Shown: piece by piece, positions 1 to 10,369 of the stretch
Layout of the letters: every line of letters starts with the position of its first letter
How positions within the stretch are numbered: position 1 is the stretch's first letter
Sequence record: SRR31156797_3702
Reading direction: 5' to 3' (one strand)
Length of the DNA: 45,194 bases
Position numbers and translations under genes: made by a program
Notes under the pieces: generated by a model
The model's database searches: none
Seen by the model: only the letters and a program-made list of their open reading frames with translations
What the model was told of the DNA's origin: nothing

Positions 1-117
1 AAAATTGAAATGATATCGGATAAACTGGGGCGGATTGTGCTGAGATAAGCACCCCATCACAAATGTAAATTTTCAATAGATGCAAGGATTTGTTTCAAGA
101 AAACCTAAACTGCCCGC

Positions 118-2250
118 TTAAAAATATTGACTGATTAGAGTCATAAATTCATTTATTTTTATTGGTTTCGCAATATAATCATTGCAACCTGCATCCAGGG
201 CATTCTGTCTGTCATCAGACAACCCATATGCTGTTTGGGCTATGATAATAATATCCTTATTGAATTTACGAATTTCACGAGTGGCATCAAGCCCATTCAA
301 TTTCGGGATTTTAACATCCATCAAAACCAGGTCTAAATCAGGGTTGTTTTTAACTGTTTCTACAGCCTCAACCCCATTTTGAACAGTGATAAACTCTTTG
401 GCAATCCGCTTAATAAAAATTTCCATAAACATTAATGAGAGTTCATCATCTTCAACAATCAATACTTTCAGCTTCGGGAGGCTTAACATTTCTGGTGGGG
501 CTATTTGTGATATTTTGGGTTCAGGTTGGGAAATTACATCTTCCTTACCCGGGATTGTAAAACTGAAGACTGAGCCATGTTTCTGCTGACTTTCTTTATT
601 TGAACCCTCACCTGATTCAGTTATTGTTTCCGGATGGCTTTCCACCCAAATCTCTCCACCCAACATATTTACGAACGATTTTGATATAGCCAGGCCTAAT
701 CCAGCACCCTCATAAGCATCAACATCTTCAACATCTGCCTGAATAAACCTTTCAAAAACAGCAGCCTGTCTGTCTTTTGCAATACCTATTCCGGTATCTG
801 TAACAGCAAACAATAGATCCTCCCCTGCCTTCTTACATTCAACTTTTATTGAGCCTTCCTTTGTAAATTTGATGGCATTTTTTATCAGGTTGGTCAAAAT
901 GGCATTTAGCTTATCCTCATCTGTAAACAAGCTGTTTACTTCACCTTGATTTTCAATTTTAAAAATAAGTTCCAATCCTTTCTTCTCACATTCAGGTTTG
1001 AAAAAGCTTTCAAGGTCGTTGAATAATTCCGACAGGTTGGCCATTTTTAATTTCACCTCTGTCAATCCGGCTTCGATTCTTGATATGTCCAGGAGATTAT
1101 TTATAATATCAAGCATCCGGTCACCACTTTTTTGGATTACTTCAATATACTTCAGTTTGTTTTTTTTCGTAATCCGAGGCCCCTTAAGCAAATCTGTAAA
1201 GCCAATGATTCCATTCATTGGTGTACGGATTTCATGGCTCATATTGGCAAGGAAAGCAGATTTAAGCCGATCACTTTCCTCAGCCTTTTCTTTGGCCCTG
1301 ATCAACGATTCCTCGGCCTTTTTGCTTTCTGTAATATCCCGGAATGCCACAACACATCCTGTGGTTGTTTTATCCTCGATTATGGGAAGGCAACTAAATT
1401 CAACCGGAAATTCCTCACCATTTTTCCTGGAAAAGTATTCTTCCCCAAAAGATGGCTTACCTGATAAAAGGGAAATCTGAATGGCGCATTGTTCGACATG
1501 AGAAATACTTCCGTTTTGGCAATGCAGATGGTACAATTCGTGTGGGTTTTTTCCCAGCAATTCATCACTCCTGTAACCCAATAATTGTTTTGCTTTCCTG
1601 TTTACAAACATATGGTTTCCATCCTTGTCAAGGCCCAAAATACCCTCATCGGCAGTATCTAAAATCATGTTGAGCCTGTAATTGAGCATAACATACGACT
1701 TTAGTGCATTCTTTTGTATGGTTATATCAGTTACTGACATAAAACAATTGCGGTTATCATTTGCAATTACTCCTGTAAGGCTGGTATGGATTTGTTCATC
1801 ATCTTTTGGCTTTAGGGTTAATTCAACAGATACTTGTTTTTTCAATCTGAAAACATCGGTGAGAAACTGAACAAATACAGGCTTGTTTTCAGCAACAACA
1901 AATTGGGCAAAATGCATTTTTTTTAACCTGGAGCGATCCACATTAAGCATGCCTGAACCCTTTAGGTTCACTTCAACGATATCACCCAGATTTGTCAGGG
2001 TGAAATATCCTACCGGTGCAAAATCATACAGCTCAGTATATTTTTCTCTGGCTCTTTCGGCTTCTTCCTTGGCAAGAAATAAATCCTCATTTTGAAGCTC
2101 CAGTTCAATCTGGTGAACCTCCAGTTCGTGGATAAGCTTTAAAATATCGGCGTTAGAAAGCCGCGCTTTAGACTTTTGCCCGGTATTTTTGTAGAGCTCT
2201 TCGGCCCTGGCCCGAAGGCTTGCCGTGCTACGTTTGAAATTCTTATCCAT
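118..2250 (-). CDS. PAS-domain hybrid sensor histidine kinase / response regulator
   Basis: N-terminal coiled coil LIHELEVHQIELELQNEDL; two PAS-like domains; H-box FLANMSHEIRTPMNGI; N-box NLIKNAIKFT; G-boxes DTGIGI and GAGLGL; C-terminal receiver (LIVEDD...DLVLMD...YIAKP). Confidence 0.95.
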   Translation of the reverse strand: MDKNFKRSTASLRARAEELYKNTGQKSKARLSNADILKLIHELEVHQIELELQNEDLFLAKEEAERAREKYTELYDFAPVGYFTLTNLGDIVEVNLKGSGMLNVDRSRLKKMHFAQFVVAENKPVFVQFLTDVFRLKKQVSVELTLKPKDDEQIHTSLTGVIANDNRNCFMSVTDITIQKNALKSYVMLNYRLNMILDTADEGILGLDKDGNHMFVNRKAKQLLGYRSDELLGKNPHELYHLHCQNGSISHVEQCAIQISLLSGKPSFGEEYFSRKNGEEFPVEFSCLPIIEDKTTTGCVVAFRDITESKKAEESLIRAKEKAEESDRLKSAFLANMSHEIRTPMNGIIGFTDLLKGPRITKKNKLKYIEVIQKSGDRMLDIINNLLDISRIEAGLTEVKLKMANLSELFNDLESFFKPECEKKGLELIFKIENQGEVNSLFTDEDKLNAILTNLIKNAIKFTKEGSIKVECKKAGEDLLFAVTDTGIGIAKDRQAAVFERFIQADVEDVDAYEGAGLGLAISKSFVNMLGGEIWVESHPETITESGEGSNKESQQKHGSVFSFTIPGKEDVISQPEPKISQIAPPEMLSLPKLKVLIVEDDELSLMFMEIFIKRIAKEFITVQNGVEAVETVKNNPDLDLVLMDVKIPKLNGLDATREIRKFNKDIIIIAQTAYGLSDDRQNALDAGCNDYIAKPIKINEFMTLISQYF

Positions 2251-2349
2251 AGCTTTAAGATTTTTATCCGGTTACCAAATATTAGGAGGCAACTGAAAAT
2301 GTTTGTTCACAAAGTGTCTTTCAATCAGGCATAATTTCACATATATTAT

Positions 2350-4956
2350 TTATTTCCCATGTTCATTTTTAAGCGTTTCGTTGGCTTTTTTCAGTTCTAA
2401 TTCCAATTTCTTTGCTGTGGTTATGTTTATAAATGTGATCACAAGTCCGTCGATACGATCGTCCAGCGTCCGGTAAGGCATTATCCGCACAGTAAACCAC
2501 CTCTGATCGTTGGTTGCAATGGCCGTTTCTACGGTAGATAGTGTTTTGAGTACTTGCGTGGCCTGTTTATCCATATCAGGATACTGCAAATGCGTGACCA
2601 GATCAGTAAATGGCCGGCCAATATCTGTTGGCCTCAGTTTAAATATTCTTGTAGCCGGATGTGTAAACCTTCGGATGTTCATTTCTTTGTCAAGAAACAG
2701 TGTTGCAATTTCAGTGCTGTTGAGCAGGTTTTTCATATCGTCGTTCGAACGGGCAAAATCGTTGACTTTGTTTTGCAGTTCACTGTTTACTGTTTGTAGT
2801 TCTTCGTTGAGGCTTTGCATCTCCTCCTTGGATGTGGTTAGCTCTTCGTTGGTCGATTGCAGTTCCTCATTGGTTGATTGGAGTTCCTCGTTGGTGGACT
2901 TTAGTTCTTCCTGCGATGTTTGCATTTCTTCGCGGGTGGTTTGAAGATCTTCATAAGCTCTTTGAAGCTCCAGTTCCAGTTCCCTTATTTTTCCCTTTGA
3001 AGCAGGTTTGCCGGGTTTTGGATCCTCAATAATTTCTGGAGCTACAGCAGGAACATCCGAAAAAAGTACCATCACCATCCCCTTAAGAGGTTCAGGATTT
3101 TCAATCCTTTGTATTGTAACATCAACAAATTGCTGACCACCATTGGTGCCAACTTTTATGTTGTGTAATATAACCGGTTCGTTTGAAGCCCTGGCTTGTC
3201 GGAATGCTGCCGGAAATACCTGGTTAAGCTCCGGGCGAAGCATGGCATAAATATTCCAGTTAGCTTTGCCGGCAGCAGGCTCAAGGTATTTACCCGTACG
3301 GCCGGTAATATAAACAATATCACCTTCCTGGTTTATAAGTACACTTGCTGGTGCATAATGCTGCAGAATAATCTGATCTGCCATCGATTGGATATTCTCT
3401 ATATTTTGTGGCATTCTATTTTGGGTTGTTTTTCCTTCTTTATGGTAATACGAACTGGGGAAATTTAAAAGGTCATTCGATGATGCCAACTGGTTGCGGG
3501 CAAAAATCTTTAATCTTGGAGCTATATCCGTAAACTCTTTGGTTTGTTTTCCGAGTGTTTCGGCAGTGCCAAGTACTAACAAGCCATTTGGATTGAGGCT
3601 GTAGCTAAAAAGAGATATGAGTTTGTTTTGCAATTCAGGCTCCATGTATATAAACATATTACGGCACAATAGCAAATCCAGTTTGGTAAAGGGCGGGTCT
3701 TTGATAACATTTTGCCTGGCAAAAACCACCATTTCGCGTACGGAACTGTTAATACGATAACCTTCAGCTTCGGGTGTGAAAAAATATTTAAGACGATCTG
3801 CTGAAATATCTGATTTTATATTGGTGGTGAAAATACCTTTCCTTGCTTTGTCGATGGCATCCTGGTCAATATCAGTGGCAAATATTTGCATGGAAAGATT
3901 CTTTTGATTTTCAAATCTTTTGTAAACTTCCCGATAAACGATGGCCAGTGAGTAGGCTTCTTCGCCTGTTGAACATCCCGGCACCCACACCCTTATTGTA
4001 TGTTCGTCGGGCATTTTTTTGAGCAAATCAGGCAACACTTTGTCCTTCAACGCACCCCAAACTTTTTCATCCCTGAAAAAACTGGTTACGCCGATCAGCA
4101 ATTCCTTAAAGAGCAGGTTGACTTCCGCAGGATTTTCCTGTAAAAAACGCACATAGTTTTTTATATGGTCAATCTGGTGTATGCCTTTACGTCTTTCGAT
4201 ACGCCTTAAGATGGTATTCTTTTTATATTGCGAAAAATCATGGCCGGTTTGTTCGCGCAACAACACAAAAATTTTGCTCAGGTTGATCTTACTCTTCGAT
4301 TCAACTTTCAATATACCGGCCTTATCGGGTATATTCTTCAGGAACCTGATCAGTTTTACAGGAAGTTCTTCAACATCGGCAACTATGTCAGCAACCACTG
4401 CATCCAGTGCACTGGTAGGCATGCCATCAAATTTGGCATGTTCAGGATCCTGGACGAGCACCATTCCATGGTGTTCTTTAATCGCTTTCAAACCACTACT
4501 TCCATCGCTACCCATCCCTGACAGGATGATTCCAATGCTTTTTTCATTGCGATCTTTAGCCAGAGAACGAAAGAAATAATCTATTGGCAATCTGGCCCCC
4601 CGGGAGGCTGGCTGATCCAGAAGGAACAATTTTCCATTCAGTATAGACAGGTTCTTGTTGGGGGGTATTACATACACGCAATCAGGCCTTACAGGTGTTG
4701 CATCCTGTGCCTGGGAAACTTTCAATGGTGTTACCCGTTGTAATAGTTCAGGTAAAAATCCCTTTTGATTTGGGTCGAGATGCTGTATTACAATAAATGC
4801 AATTCCCGGGAATTTTGGTAAATTACCAAAAAACAATTCCAGCGATTCGAGCCCTCCTGCTGAAGCGCCAATACCTACAATTGGAAAGTCAGCATTTGTG
4901 GTTTTTACCTGAGTTAATTCTTGCATTTTTTCCTCAGAAATCTTGTCTTTTTCCAT
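2350..4956 (-). CDS. CheB methylesterase / CheR methyltransferase / PAS fusion protein
   Basis: CheB motifs GIGASAGG, IQHL, LSGMGSDG; CheR motifs IGVTSFFRD, WVPGCSTGEEAYS, IFATDID, LLCRN; EELQSTN heptad coiled coil; C-terminal PAS. Confidence 0.95.
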   Translation of the reverse strand: MEKDKISEEKMQELTQVKTTNADFPIVGIGASAGGLESLELFFGNLPKFPGIAFIVIQHLDPNQKGFLPELLQRVTPLKVSQAQDATPVRPDCVYVIPPNKNLSILNGKLFLLDQPASRGARLPIDYFFRSLAKDRNEKSIGIILSGMGSDGSSGLKAIKEHHGMVLVQDPEHAKFDGMPTSALDAVVADIVADVEELPVKLIRFLKNIPDKAGILKVESKSKINLSKIFVLLREQTGHDFSQYKKNTILRRIERRKGIHQIDHIKNYVRFLQENPAEVNLLFKELLIGVTSFFRDEKVWGALKDKVLPDLLKKMPDEHTIRVWVPGCSTGEEAYSLAIVYREVYKRFENQKNLSMQIFATDIDQDAIDKARKGIFTTNIKSDISADRLKYFFTPEAEGYRINSSVREMVVFARQNVIKDPPFTKLDLLLCRNMFIYMEPELQNKLISLFSYSLNPNGLLVLGTAETLGKQTKEFTDIAPRLKIFARNQLASSNDLLNFPSSYYHKEGKTTQNRMPQNIENIQSMADQIILQHYAPASVLINQEGDIVYITGRTGKYLEPAAGKANWNIYAMLRPELNQVFPAAFRQARASNEPVILHNIKVGTNGGQQFVDVTIQRIENPEPLKGMVMVLFSDVPAVAPEIIEDPKPGKPASKGKIRELELELQRAYEDLQTTREEMQTSQEELKSTNEELQSTNEELQSTNEELTTSKEEMQSLNEELQTVNSELQNKVNDFARSNDDMKNLLNSTEIATLFLDKEMNIRRFTHPATRIFKLRPTDIGRPFTDLVTHLQYPDMDKQATQVLKTLSTVETAIATNDQRWFTVRIMPYRTLDDRIDGLVITFINITTAKKLELELKKANETLKNEHGK
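2790..2950 (-). repeat. Intragenic 21-nt (heptad) repeat encoding the EELQSTN coiled coil of the CheB/CheR fusion
   Basis: Translation EEMQTSQ EELKSTN EELQSTN EELQSTN EELTTSK EEMQSLN EELQTVN; boundaries approximate. Confidence 0.85.
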
Positions 4957-5288
4957 TTAAAAAAAACTGTTATAATCTTCAAACAATTAAAATCCTGCTT
5001 TGTACAATGGTGTATAAAACTAAAGCCAGAGTAATTGCTTTTATTGCCGGGTCATATTCCGCACAGATCAAATGGTGAAATCTTTGTAAAGATAAGATAA
5101 GCATCCATGTTTTCAAAATAAAAAAATATCCATGTTCATTTAATGTACAGCCTGACTTGCCCAACGAGGCTGGCGCATCACAATATTGATCCCTCATTAA
5201 TCATGATTTCATTTTCTTTCCACAGATTAATTCTACGTTAACACTGCCCTATTGAAAATCAATTCATTAATACCACAATATTTTGTTA

Positions 5289-5296
5289 TAATTTTG
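5289..5296 (+). promoter_or_regulatory. Bacteroidota-type sigma70 -7 element upstream of pullulanase
   Basis: TAATTTTG matches TAnnTTTG, ~35 nt upstream of the ATG at 5330. Confidence 0.55.
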
Positions 5297-5329
5297 CCAT
5301 CGTAATTGTTACTTAATGATCTGATAATT

Positions 5330-7348
5330 ATGAATATGATTGGAATTTTTTCTTTGATTTCGTTTATCGGGATTATGATTTCATGCAACCAACAACCTGC
5401 CTTTGATGCTGCCGATTACGACAGCTATCCTGTTTACAACGGAGATGATCTGGGTGTAACCTGGACTCCTGAAAAAACCACATTTCGCATTTATGCCCCT
5501 ACGGCCGAAGAAGCTAAGGTTTTAATTTATGATGAGGGACTTGGCGGAAAACCTGTCGCGGAGAAAATTTTTAAACCTGACAGGAATGGCACAATGGTAG
5601 CCGAAATCAATAAAAACTTAAAGGATAAATTCTACACCTACCAGATTAAATTCAATGGCGCATGGCTCGAAGAAACCCCGGGTATTTATGCAAACGCTGT
5701 TGGTGTGAATGGCGTTAGGGGTGCTATTGTTGATATGAATAAAACTGATCCCGAAGGTTGGGAAAATGACAAACAACCCTACCTGGAAAATTACAACGAC
5801 ATCATCGTTTACGAACTCCAGGTTCGTGATATGTCCATTCATCCTGAATCCGGGATCACACACAAGGGAAAATTCATGGGCCTCACCGAAACCGGAACCA
5901 CCAGCCCACAGGGTGAAAAAACCGGGATCGACCACATCGAGGAACTCGGTGTTACCCATGTACATGTTTTGCCGGCCTTCGACTTCCGTTCGATTGATGA
6001 AACCCGACTCGAAGACAATGTTTATAACTGGGGATACGACCCGGAAAATTATAACGTCCCGGAAGGCTCATTTTCTACTGATCCCTATGACCCAAAATCC
6101 CGGATCAGGGAATTTAAGGCCATGGTAAAAGCCTTTCACGATAAGGGTATTCGTGTTGTTCTGGACGTGGTTTATAACCATACCGGTAAAACCGATAACT
6201 CCAATTTTAATTTGATGGTTCCCGGCTATTATTACCGCCACAACCAAGATGGGTCTTTTTCAAACGCCTCAGCCTGTGGTAATGAAACGGCCTCAGAACG
6301 GCCCATGATGCGAAAATACATGATCGAATCGCTCAAACACTGGGTGAATGAATACCACCTCGACGGTTTCCGTTTCGACCTGATGGGCATCCACGACATC
6401 GAAACCATGAACATGATCAGTGAGGAATTGCACAAAACCGATCCTACACTTTTTATTTACGGTGAGGGCTGGACAGCAGGAGGGAGTCCGCTGCCGGAGG
6501 AACAGCAGGCCCTGAAAAAGCATACCTATCGTTTTGACAGCATAGCAGCATTTAGCGATGATATCCGTGACGGGATCAAAGGTTCCTGGAATAACCACGA
6601 ATCCAAAGGTTTTGTGAGCGGAGCCCCTGACCTGGAAGAAACCATCAAATTTGGCGTGGTGGCTTCAACAGAACATCCTCAGGTGGATTACAGCAAGGTG
6701 AATTATTCTGATAAACCCTGGGCCGCGGAGCCTTTCCAAACCATGAATTATGTTTCGTGCCACGATAATCACACGCTTTTCGATAAACTAAAAATCTCTA
6801 ACCATGATGATACAGAGGCTGAACTGATAGCCAAACATAAACTGGCCAATACCATCGTGATGACTTCGCAAGGCGTACCGTTTTTGCATGCCGGTGTGGA
6901 TTTTCTGAGAACCAAACAGGGTATGGAAAATTCATACAACTGGCCCGACAGCATTAATCAGATCGACTGGTCTCGAAAAGCAAAATACCGTGAACAGTTT
7001 GAATACTACCAGGATTTGATCCGTCTGCGCAAAAATCATCCTGCTTTCCGCATGACCAGTGCTGGTAAAATCCGGGAAAACCTCGAATTCCTGGATGTTG
7101 AAATTGCCAATGTTGTGGCTTTCGAACTGAAAAACTTTGCCAATGGCGATGCATGGAAAAATATCATTGTGATTTATAACGCCAGCGATGAAGAGCAAAT
7201 CGTAAATATTCCGTTTGGCAAATGGACAGAAGTCTTCAACGAAAACGGATTGAACAATGCCGGGTACCAGACATTCAAACACGATAGAATTTCTGTGCCT
7301 CCCGTTTCAGCTTTAATCCTTGCTGAAATGGTTCCTGAACAATATTAG
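5330..7348 (+). CDS. pulA: Type I pullulanase (GH13), possibly a lipoprotein
   Basis: YNWGYDP type I pullulanase motif, DVVYNH, DGFRFDLMG, YGEGW, YVSCHDN; hydrophobic N-terminus ending MISC; ATG at 5330 preferred over the TTG at 5306. Confidence 0.93.
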   Translation: MNMIGIFSLISFIGIMISCNQQPAFDAADYDSYPVYNGDDLGVTWTPEKTTFRIYAPTAEEAKVLIYDEGLGGKPVAEKIFKPDRNGTMVAEINKNLKDKFYTYQIKFNGAWLEETPGIYANAVGVNGVRGAIVDMNKTDPEGWENDKQPYLENYNDIIVYELQVRDMSIHPESGITHKGKFMGLTETGTTSPQGEKTGIDHIEELGVTHVHVLPAFDFRSIDETRLEDNVYNWGYDPENYNVPEGSFSTDPYDPKSRIREFKAMVKAFHDKGIRVVLDVVYNHTGKTDNSNFNLMVPGYYYRHNQDGSFSNASACGNETASERPMMRKYMIESLKHWVNEYHLDGFRFDLMGIHDIETMNMISEELHKTDPTLFIYGEGWTAGGSPLPEEQQALKKHTYRFDSIAAFSDDIRDGIKGSWNNHESKGFVSGAPDLEETIKFGVVASTEHPQVDYSKVNYSDKPWAAEPFQTMNYVSCHDNHTLFDKLKISNHDDTEAELIAKHKLANTIVMTSQGVPFLHAGVDFLRTKQGMENSYNWPDSINQIDWSRKAKYREQFEYYQDLIRLRKNHPAFRMTSAGKIRENLEFLDVEIANVVAFELKNFANGDAWKNIIVIYNASDEEQIVNIPFGKWTEVFNENGLNNAGYQTFKHDRISVPPVSALILAEMVPEQY

Positions 7349-7437
7349 ATGAGAAAACTTCACAAATAAGCTTTGCCTGATTAAATGCTGATAGGCAAAT
7401 GATTTTATTTTAATCCGAACAGAGAACAACAACTGAC

Positions 7438-9480
7438 ATGTCCAAAACTTCAAAAGAGTACGAAAAGAAACACCTCAAGCTCGTGGAAATGGATCCATGG
7501 CTCGAACCTGTTGAACACGAAATCCAGGCTCGCATCGACCGTTACAAAACCCGGCTCAACCAAATTGAATCGGATTTTGGCGGCCTTGGCAATTTTGCCG
7601 ATGCCTATAAATATTTTGGCATCCATTACGATAAAGAAGCCAAAGGCTGGTTCTATCGCGAATGGGCACCGGGAGCTTACCAACTATTCTTGATTGGCGA
7701 GTTCAATAGCTGGAACCGTTCCTCACATCCCTTACAGAAAAAGGAATATGGTGTGTGGGAAATCTTCCTGGATGAGGCAACATACAAAGACAGCTTTACA
7801 CATAACTCTAAAATAAAAGTGCTGGTTGACGGACCCAATGGCTGGAAGGAACGTATTCCGGTTTGGGCTAACCGCGTTGTGCAGGACCCGTCAACCAATG
7901 ATTTTGCCGCACAGCTTTGGTTTCCTGAAAAGCAGTTTTCGTGGAAAGGCGACAATTTCAAAGTTGGCAGCCTGGATCAACTTCTGATTTATGAAACCCA
8001 CGTGGGCATGGCCACTGAAAATTACCGTGTGGGCACTTACTGGGAATTTGGAGAATACATTCTTCCGCGAATCAAAGATGCCGGTTACAACGCCATCCAG
8101 GTGATGGCCATCGCTGAACATCCTTACTATGGCTCTTTCGGATATCATGTGGCGAACTTTTTTGCCCCTTCCAGCCGTTTTGGCACTCCGGAAGAACTGA
8201 AGGAAATGATAAAAAAAGCCCACAGTATGGGCATTGCCGTCATCATGGATGTGGTGCATTCGCACACCGTAAAAAACCTCAACGAAGGTATCAACGAGTT
8301 TGACGGAACTGATCACCAGTACACCCATCCCGGCGACCGTGGAAACCACCCGGCCTGGGATTCCAAATTATTTGATTACGGTAAAACCGAAGTGTTGCAA
8401 TTCCTGCTTTCCAACCTCAAATATTGGCTCGAAGAGTTCCATTTTGATGGTTTCAGATTTGATGGCGTAACATCGATGATGTATCACCACCACGGAATGA
8501 CCAGCTTTGACAGCCGTGAAAAATTCTTTACCGATGGTGTGGAATGGGATGCCATCACCTACCTTCAGCTTGCCAATACCCTGATTCATGATGTGAAAAA
8601 CGATGCCGTTTCGATAGCAGAAGACGTGAGCGGAATGCCCGGCCTTTGCCGCCCAATCAAAGAAGGAGGCATCGGGTTCGACTACCGCCTGGCCATGGGT
8701 ATTCCTGATTTCTGGATCAAAACCCTGAAAGAAAAGCAGGACGAATACTGGAACATGGACGAAATCTGGCACACGCTCATCGACAGAATGTACGGTGTGG
8801 GTACCATCGCTTATGCTGAATCGCATGACCAGGCCCTTGTGGGCGACAAAACCATTGCCTTCTGGCTGATGGACAAAGAGATGTATTACCACATGCACAA
8901 GGACGACCTGAACCTGGTGGTTGAACGTGGTATGGCGCTGCATAAAATGATCCGGTTTATCACAATCTCCCTGGGCGGACAGGCATACCTGAACTTTATG
9001 GGTAATGAGTTTGGCCATCCGGAATGGATCGACTTTCCGCGTGAAGGCAATGGCTGGAGCTACCAACATGCCCGCCGCCAGTGGTCGTTGCGCGACAATC
9101 CGGAACTGAAATATCAGTACCTGGCCGAATGGGACAAAGCCATGATGAAGCTTATTGCTGATTACAAAGTACTCACAGCAGGATACGGAGACCTCATCAA
9201 ATCTGACGACTGGAACAAAACACTTGTTTTTGAGAAAGGCGGGCTGACCTTCGTGTTCAATTTTCACATCAACCACTCACTCCCGGATTATGAGTTCAAC
9301 GTACCGGAACCCGGTGAATACAAAGTGATCCTCAATTCGGATTCAGGTGAGTTTGGCGGGCACAATCGTGTGGATGAAAGCGTAATCCATTATTCGCAGG
9401 TGAACAAAGAAACGGGCAACAATTTCATTAAAGTATATATCCCGAATCGGAGCGCGCTGGTGTTTAAGAAGGTGAAGTAA
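7438..9480 (+). CDS. glgB: 1,4-alpha-glucan branching enzyme (GH13, eukaryote/Bacteroidota-type)
   Basis: REWAPGA, IYETHVGMA, EHPYYGSFGYHV, FDGFRFDGVTSM, AEDVSGMP, YAESHDQALVGDKT, NFMGNEFGHPEW. Confidence 0.95.
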   Translation: MSKTSKEYEKKHLKLVEMDPWLEPVEHEIQARIDRYKTRLNQIESDFGGLGNFADAYKYFGIHYDKEAKGWFYREWAPGAYQLFLIGEFNSWNRSSHPLQKKEYGVWEIFLDEATYKDSFTHNSKIKVLVDGPNGWKERIPVWANRVVQDPSTNDFAAQLWFPEKQFSWKGDNFKVGSLDQLLIYETHVGMATENYRVGTYWEFGEYILPRIKDAGYNAIQVMAIAEHPYYGSFGYHVANFFAPSSRFGTPEELKEMIKKAHSMGIAVIMDVVHSHTVKNLNEGINEFDGTDHQYTHPGDRGNHPAWDSKLFDYGKTEVLQFLLSNLKYWLEEFHFDGFRFDGVTSMMYHHHGMTSFDSREKFFTDGVEWDAITYLQLANTLIHDVKNDAVSIAEDVSGMPGLCRPIKEGGIGFDYRLAMGIPDFWIKTLKEKQDEYWNMDEIWHTLIDRMYGVGTIAYAESHDQALVGDKTIAFWLMDKEMYYHMHKDDLNLVVERGMALHKMIRFITISLGGQAYLNFMGNEFGHPEWIDFPREGNGWSYQHARRQWSLRDNPELKYQYLAEWDKAMMKLIADYKVLTAGYGDLIKSDDWNKTLVFEKGGLTFVFNFHINHSLPDYEFNVPEPGEYKVILNSDSGEFGGHNRVDESVIHYSQVNKETGNNFIKVYIPNRSALVFKKVK

Positions 9481-9504
9481 GCATTGGGAAGAAGTATTTT
9501 GGAT

Positions 9505-9543
9505 AAAATGAGCGACTGAATAGAATTAGTCGCTCATTTTTTT
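9505..9543 (+). terminator. Rho-independent terminator after glgB
   Basis: 13-bp inverted repeat AAAATGAGCGACT / AGTCGCTCATTTT ending in a T7 run. Confidence 0.85.
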
Positions 9544-9665
9544 AATGAAGGATTCAACATTTCTAAAAACCAGAAATGAAGGCCATAATGCTGTAAATTT
9601 CGGCAAAGTAAATCGTGGATTTTCATAACACAGGTGAAGATTAATAAAAAGTTATACAATTGTCT

Positions 9666-9673
9666 TATCTTTG
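9666..9673 (+). promoter_or_regulatory. Bacteroidota-type -7 promoter element for TA pair 1
   Basis: TATCTTTG, 27 nt before the ATG at 9701. Confidence 0.65.
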
Positions 9674-9700
9674 ATAAGTTATATTTTAAATTGTTAAATT

Positions 9701-9910
9701 ATGTATTCAGAATCTAATCTAAGTAGACTGCAACTTGAGATTCTCAAATTGTATTCTTTCAATCCTTCAGATGAGGATCTTGAAGAAATTAAGAAAATGC
9801 TGGGTGAATACTTTGCAAGTAAACTGACCAAAAATGTTTCAAAAAAAGCAGCAGATATAAATCTGACAAACGAGGATCTTGAAAGCATGCTTAACGATGA
9901 AAATCAATAG
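9701..9910 (+). CDS. Putative antitoxin (small protein upstream of PIN toxin)
   Basis: 69 aa, LSRLQLEILKLYS motif, acidic C-terminus, 2 nt upstream of a PIN gene. Confidence 0.7.
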   Translation: MYSESNLSRLQLEILKLYSFNPSDEDLEEIKKMLGEYFASKLTKNVSKKAADINLTNEDLESMLNDENQ

Positions 9911-9912
9911 GT

Positions 9913-10323
9913 ATGCTTAAGATCGTATTAGATACAAATGTGCTTTTGGTTTCATTAGTAAGGCATTTAAAGTATTATTGGGTTTTCGAAAACATAATAA
10001 AAGGGAAATATGAATTGATCGTCAGCAATGAAATCCTGACGGAGTATCTGGAAGTAATCGTTGAAAGATATGGATTGACCGAAACTGAATCTAAGCTTGA
10101 TTTTCTTTTACTATTTCCGAATGTCAGGTTGGAGAATCCATATTACAAATGGCAGTTAATTGAGGCCGATAAGGATGATAATAAGTTTGTCGATTGCGCG
10201 ATTGCCTCAAATGCTGATTATATAGTTACCAATGATAAACACTTCAACGTTTTGAAAAACATTCACTTTCCAAAAGTCAATGTTATTTCCGTACTTGAAT
10301 TTAAGGATTTGTTAAAACACTGA
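9913..10323 (+). CDS. PIN-domain toxin (VapC-like / PIN_3 family)
   Basis: IVLDTNVL, EILTEYLEV, DKDDNKFVDCA, YIVTNDKHF: acidic PIN active-site residues. Confidence 0.9.
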   Translation: MLKIVLDTNVLLVSLVRHLKYYWVFENIIKGKYELIVSNEILTEYLEVIVERYGLTETESKLDFLLLFPNVRLENPYYKWQLIEADKDDNKFVDCAIASNADYIVTNDKHFNVLKNIHFPKVNVISVLEFKDLLKH

Positions 10324-10369
10324 TATTAAATTGTTTTGCAATGCAAAATATCGCGAAAGCTAACGGATA

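Noticed and set aside
4797-5197. Short ORFs in the cheBR-pulA divergent intergenic region
   Set aside because: No motifs, mutually overlapping, AT-rich promoter-like DNA
8368-9276. Long antisense ORFs (302 aa here; also 25135-26010, 33569-34447, 36616-37260)
   Set aside because: Entirely opposite well-supported genes, with no recognisable motifs; expected from codon bias
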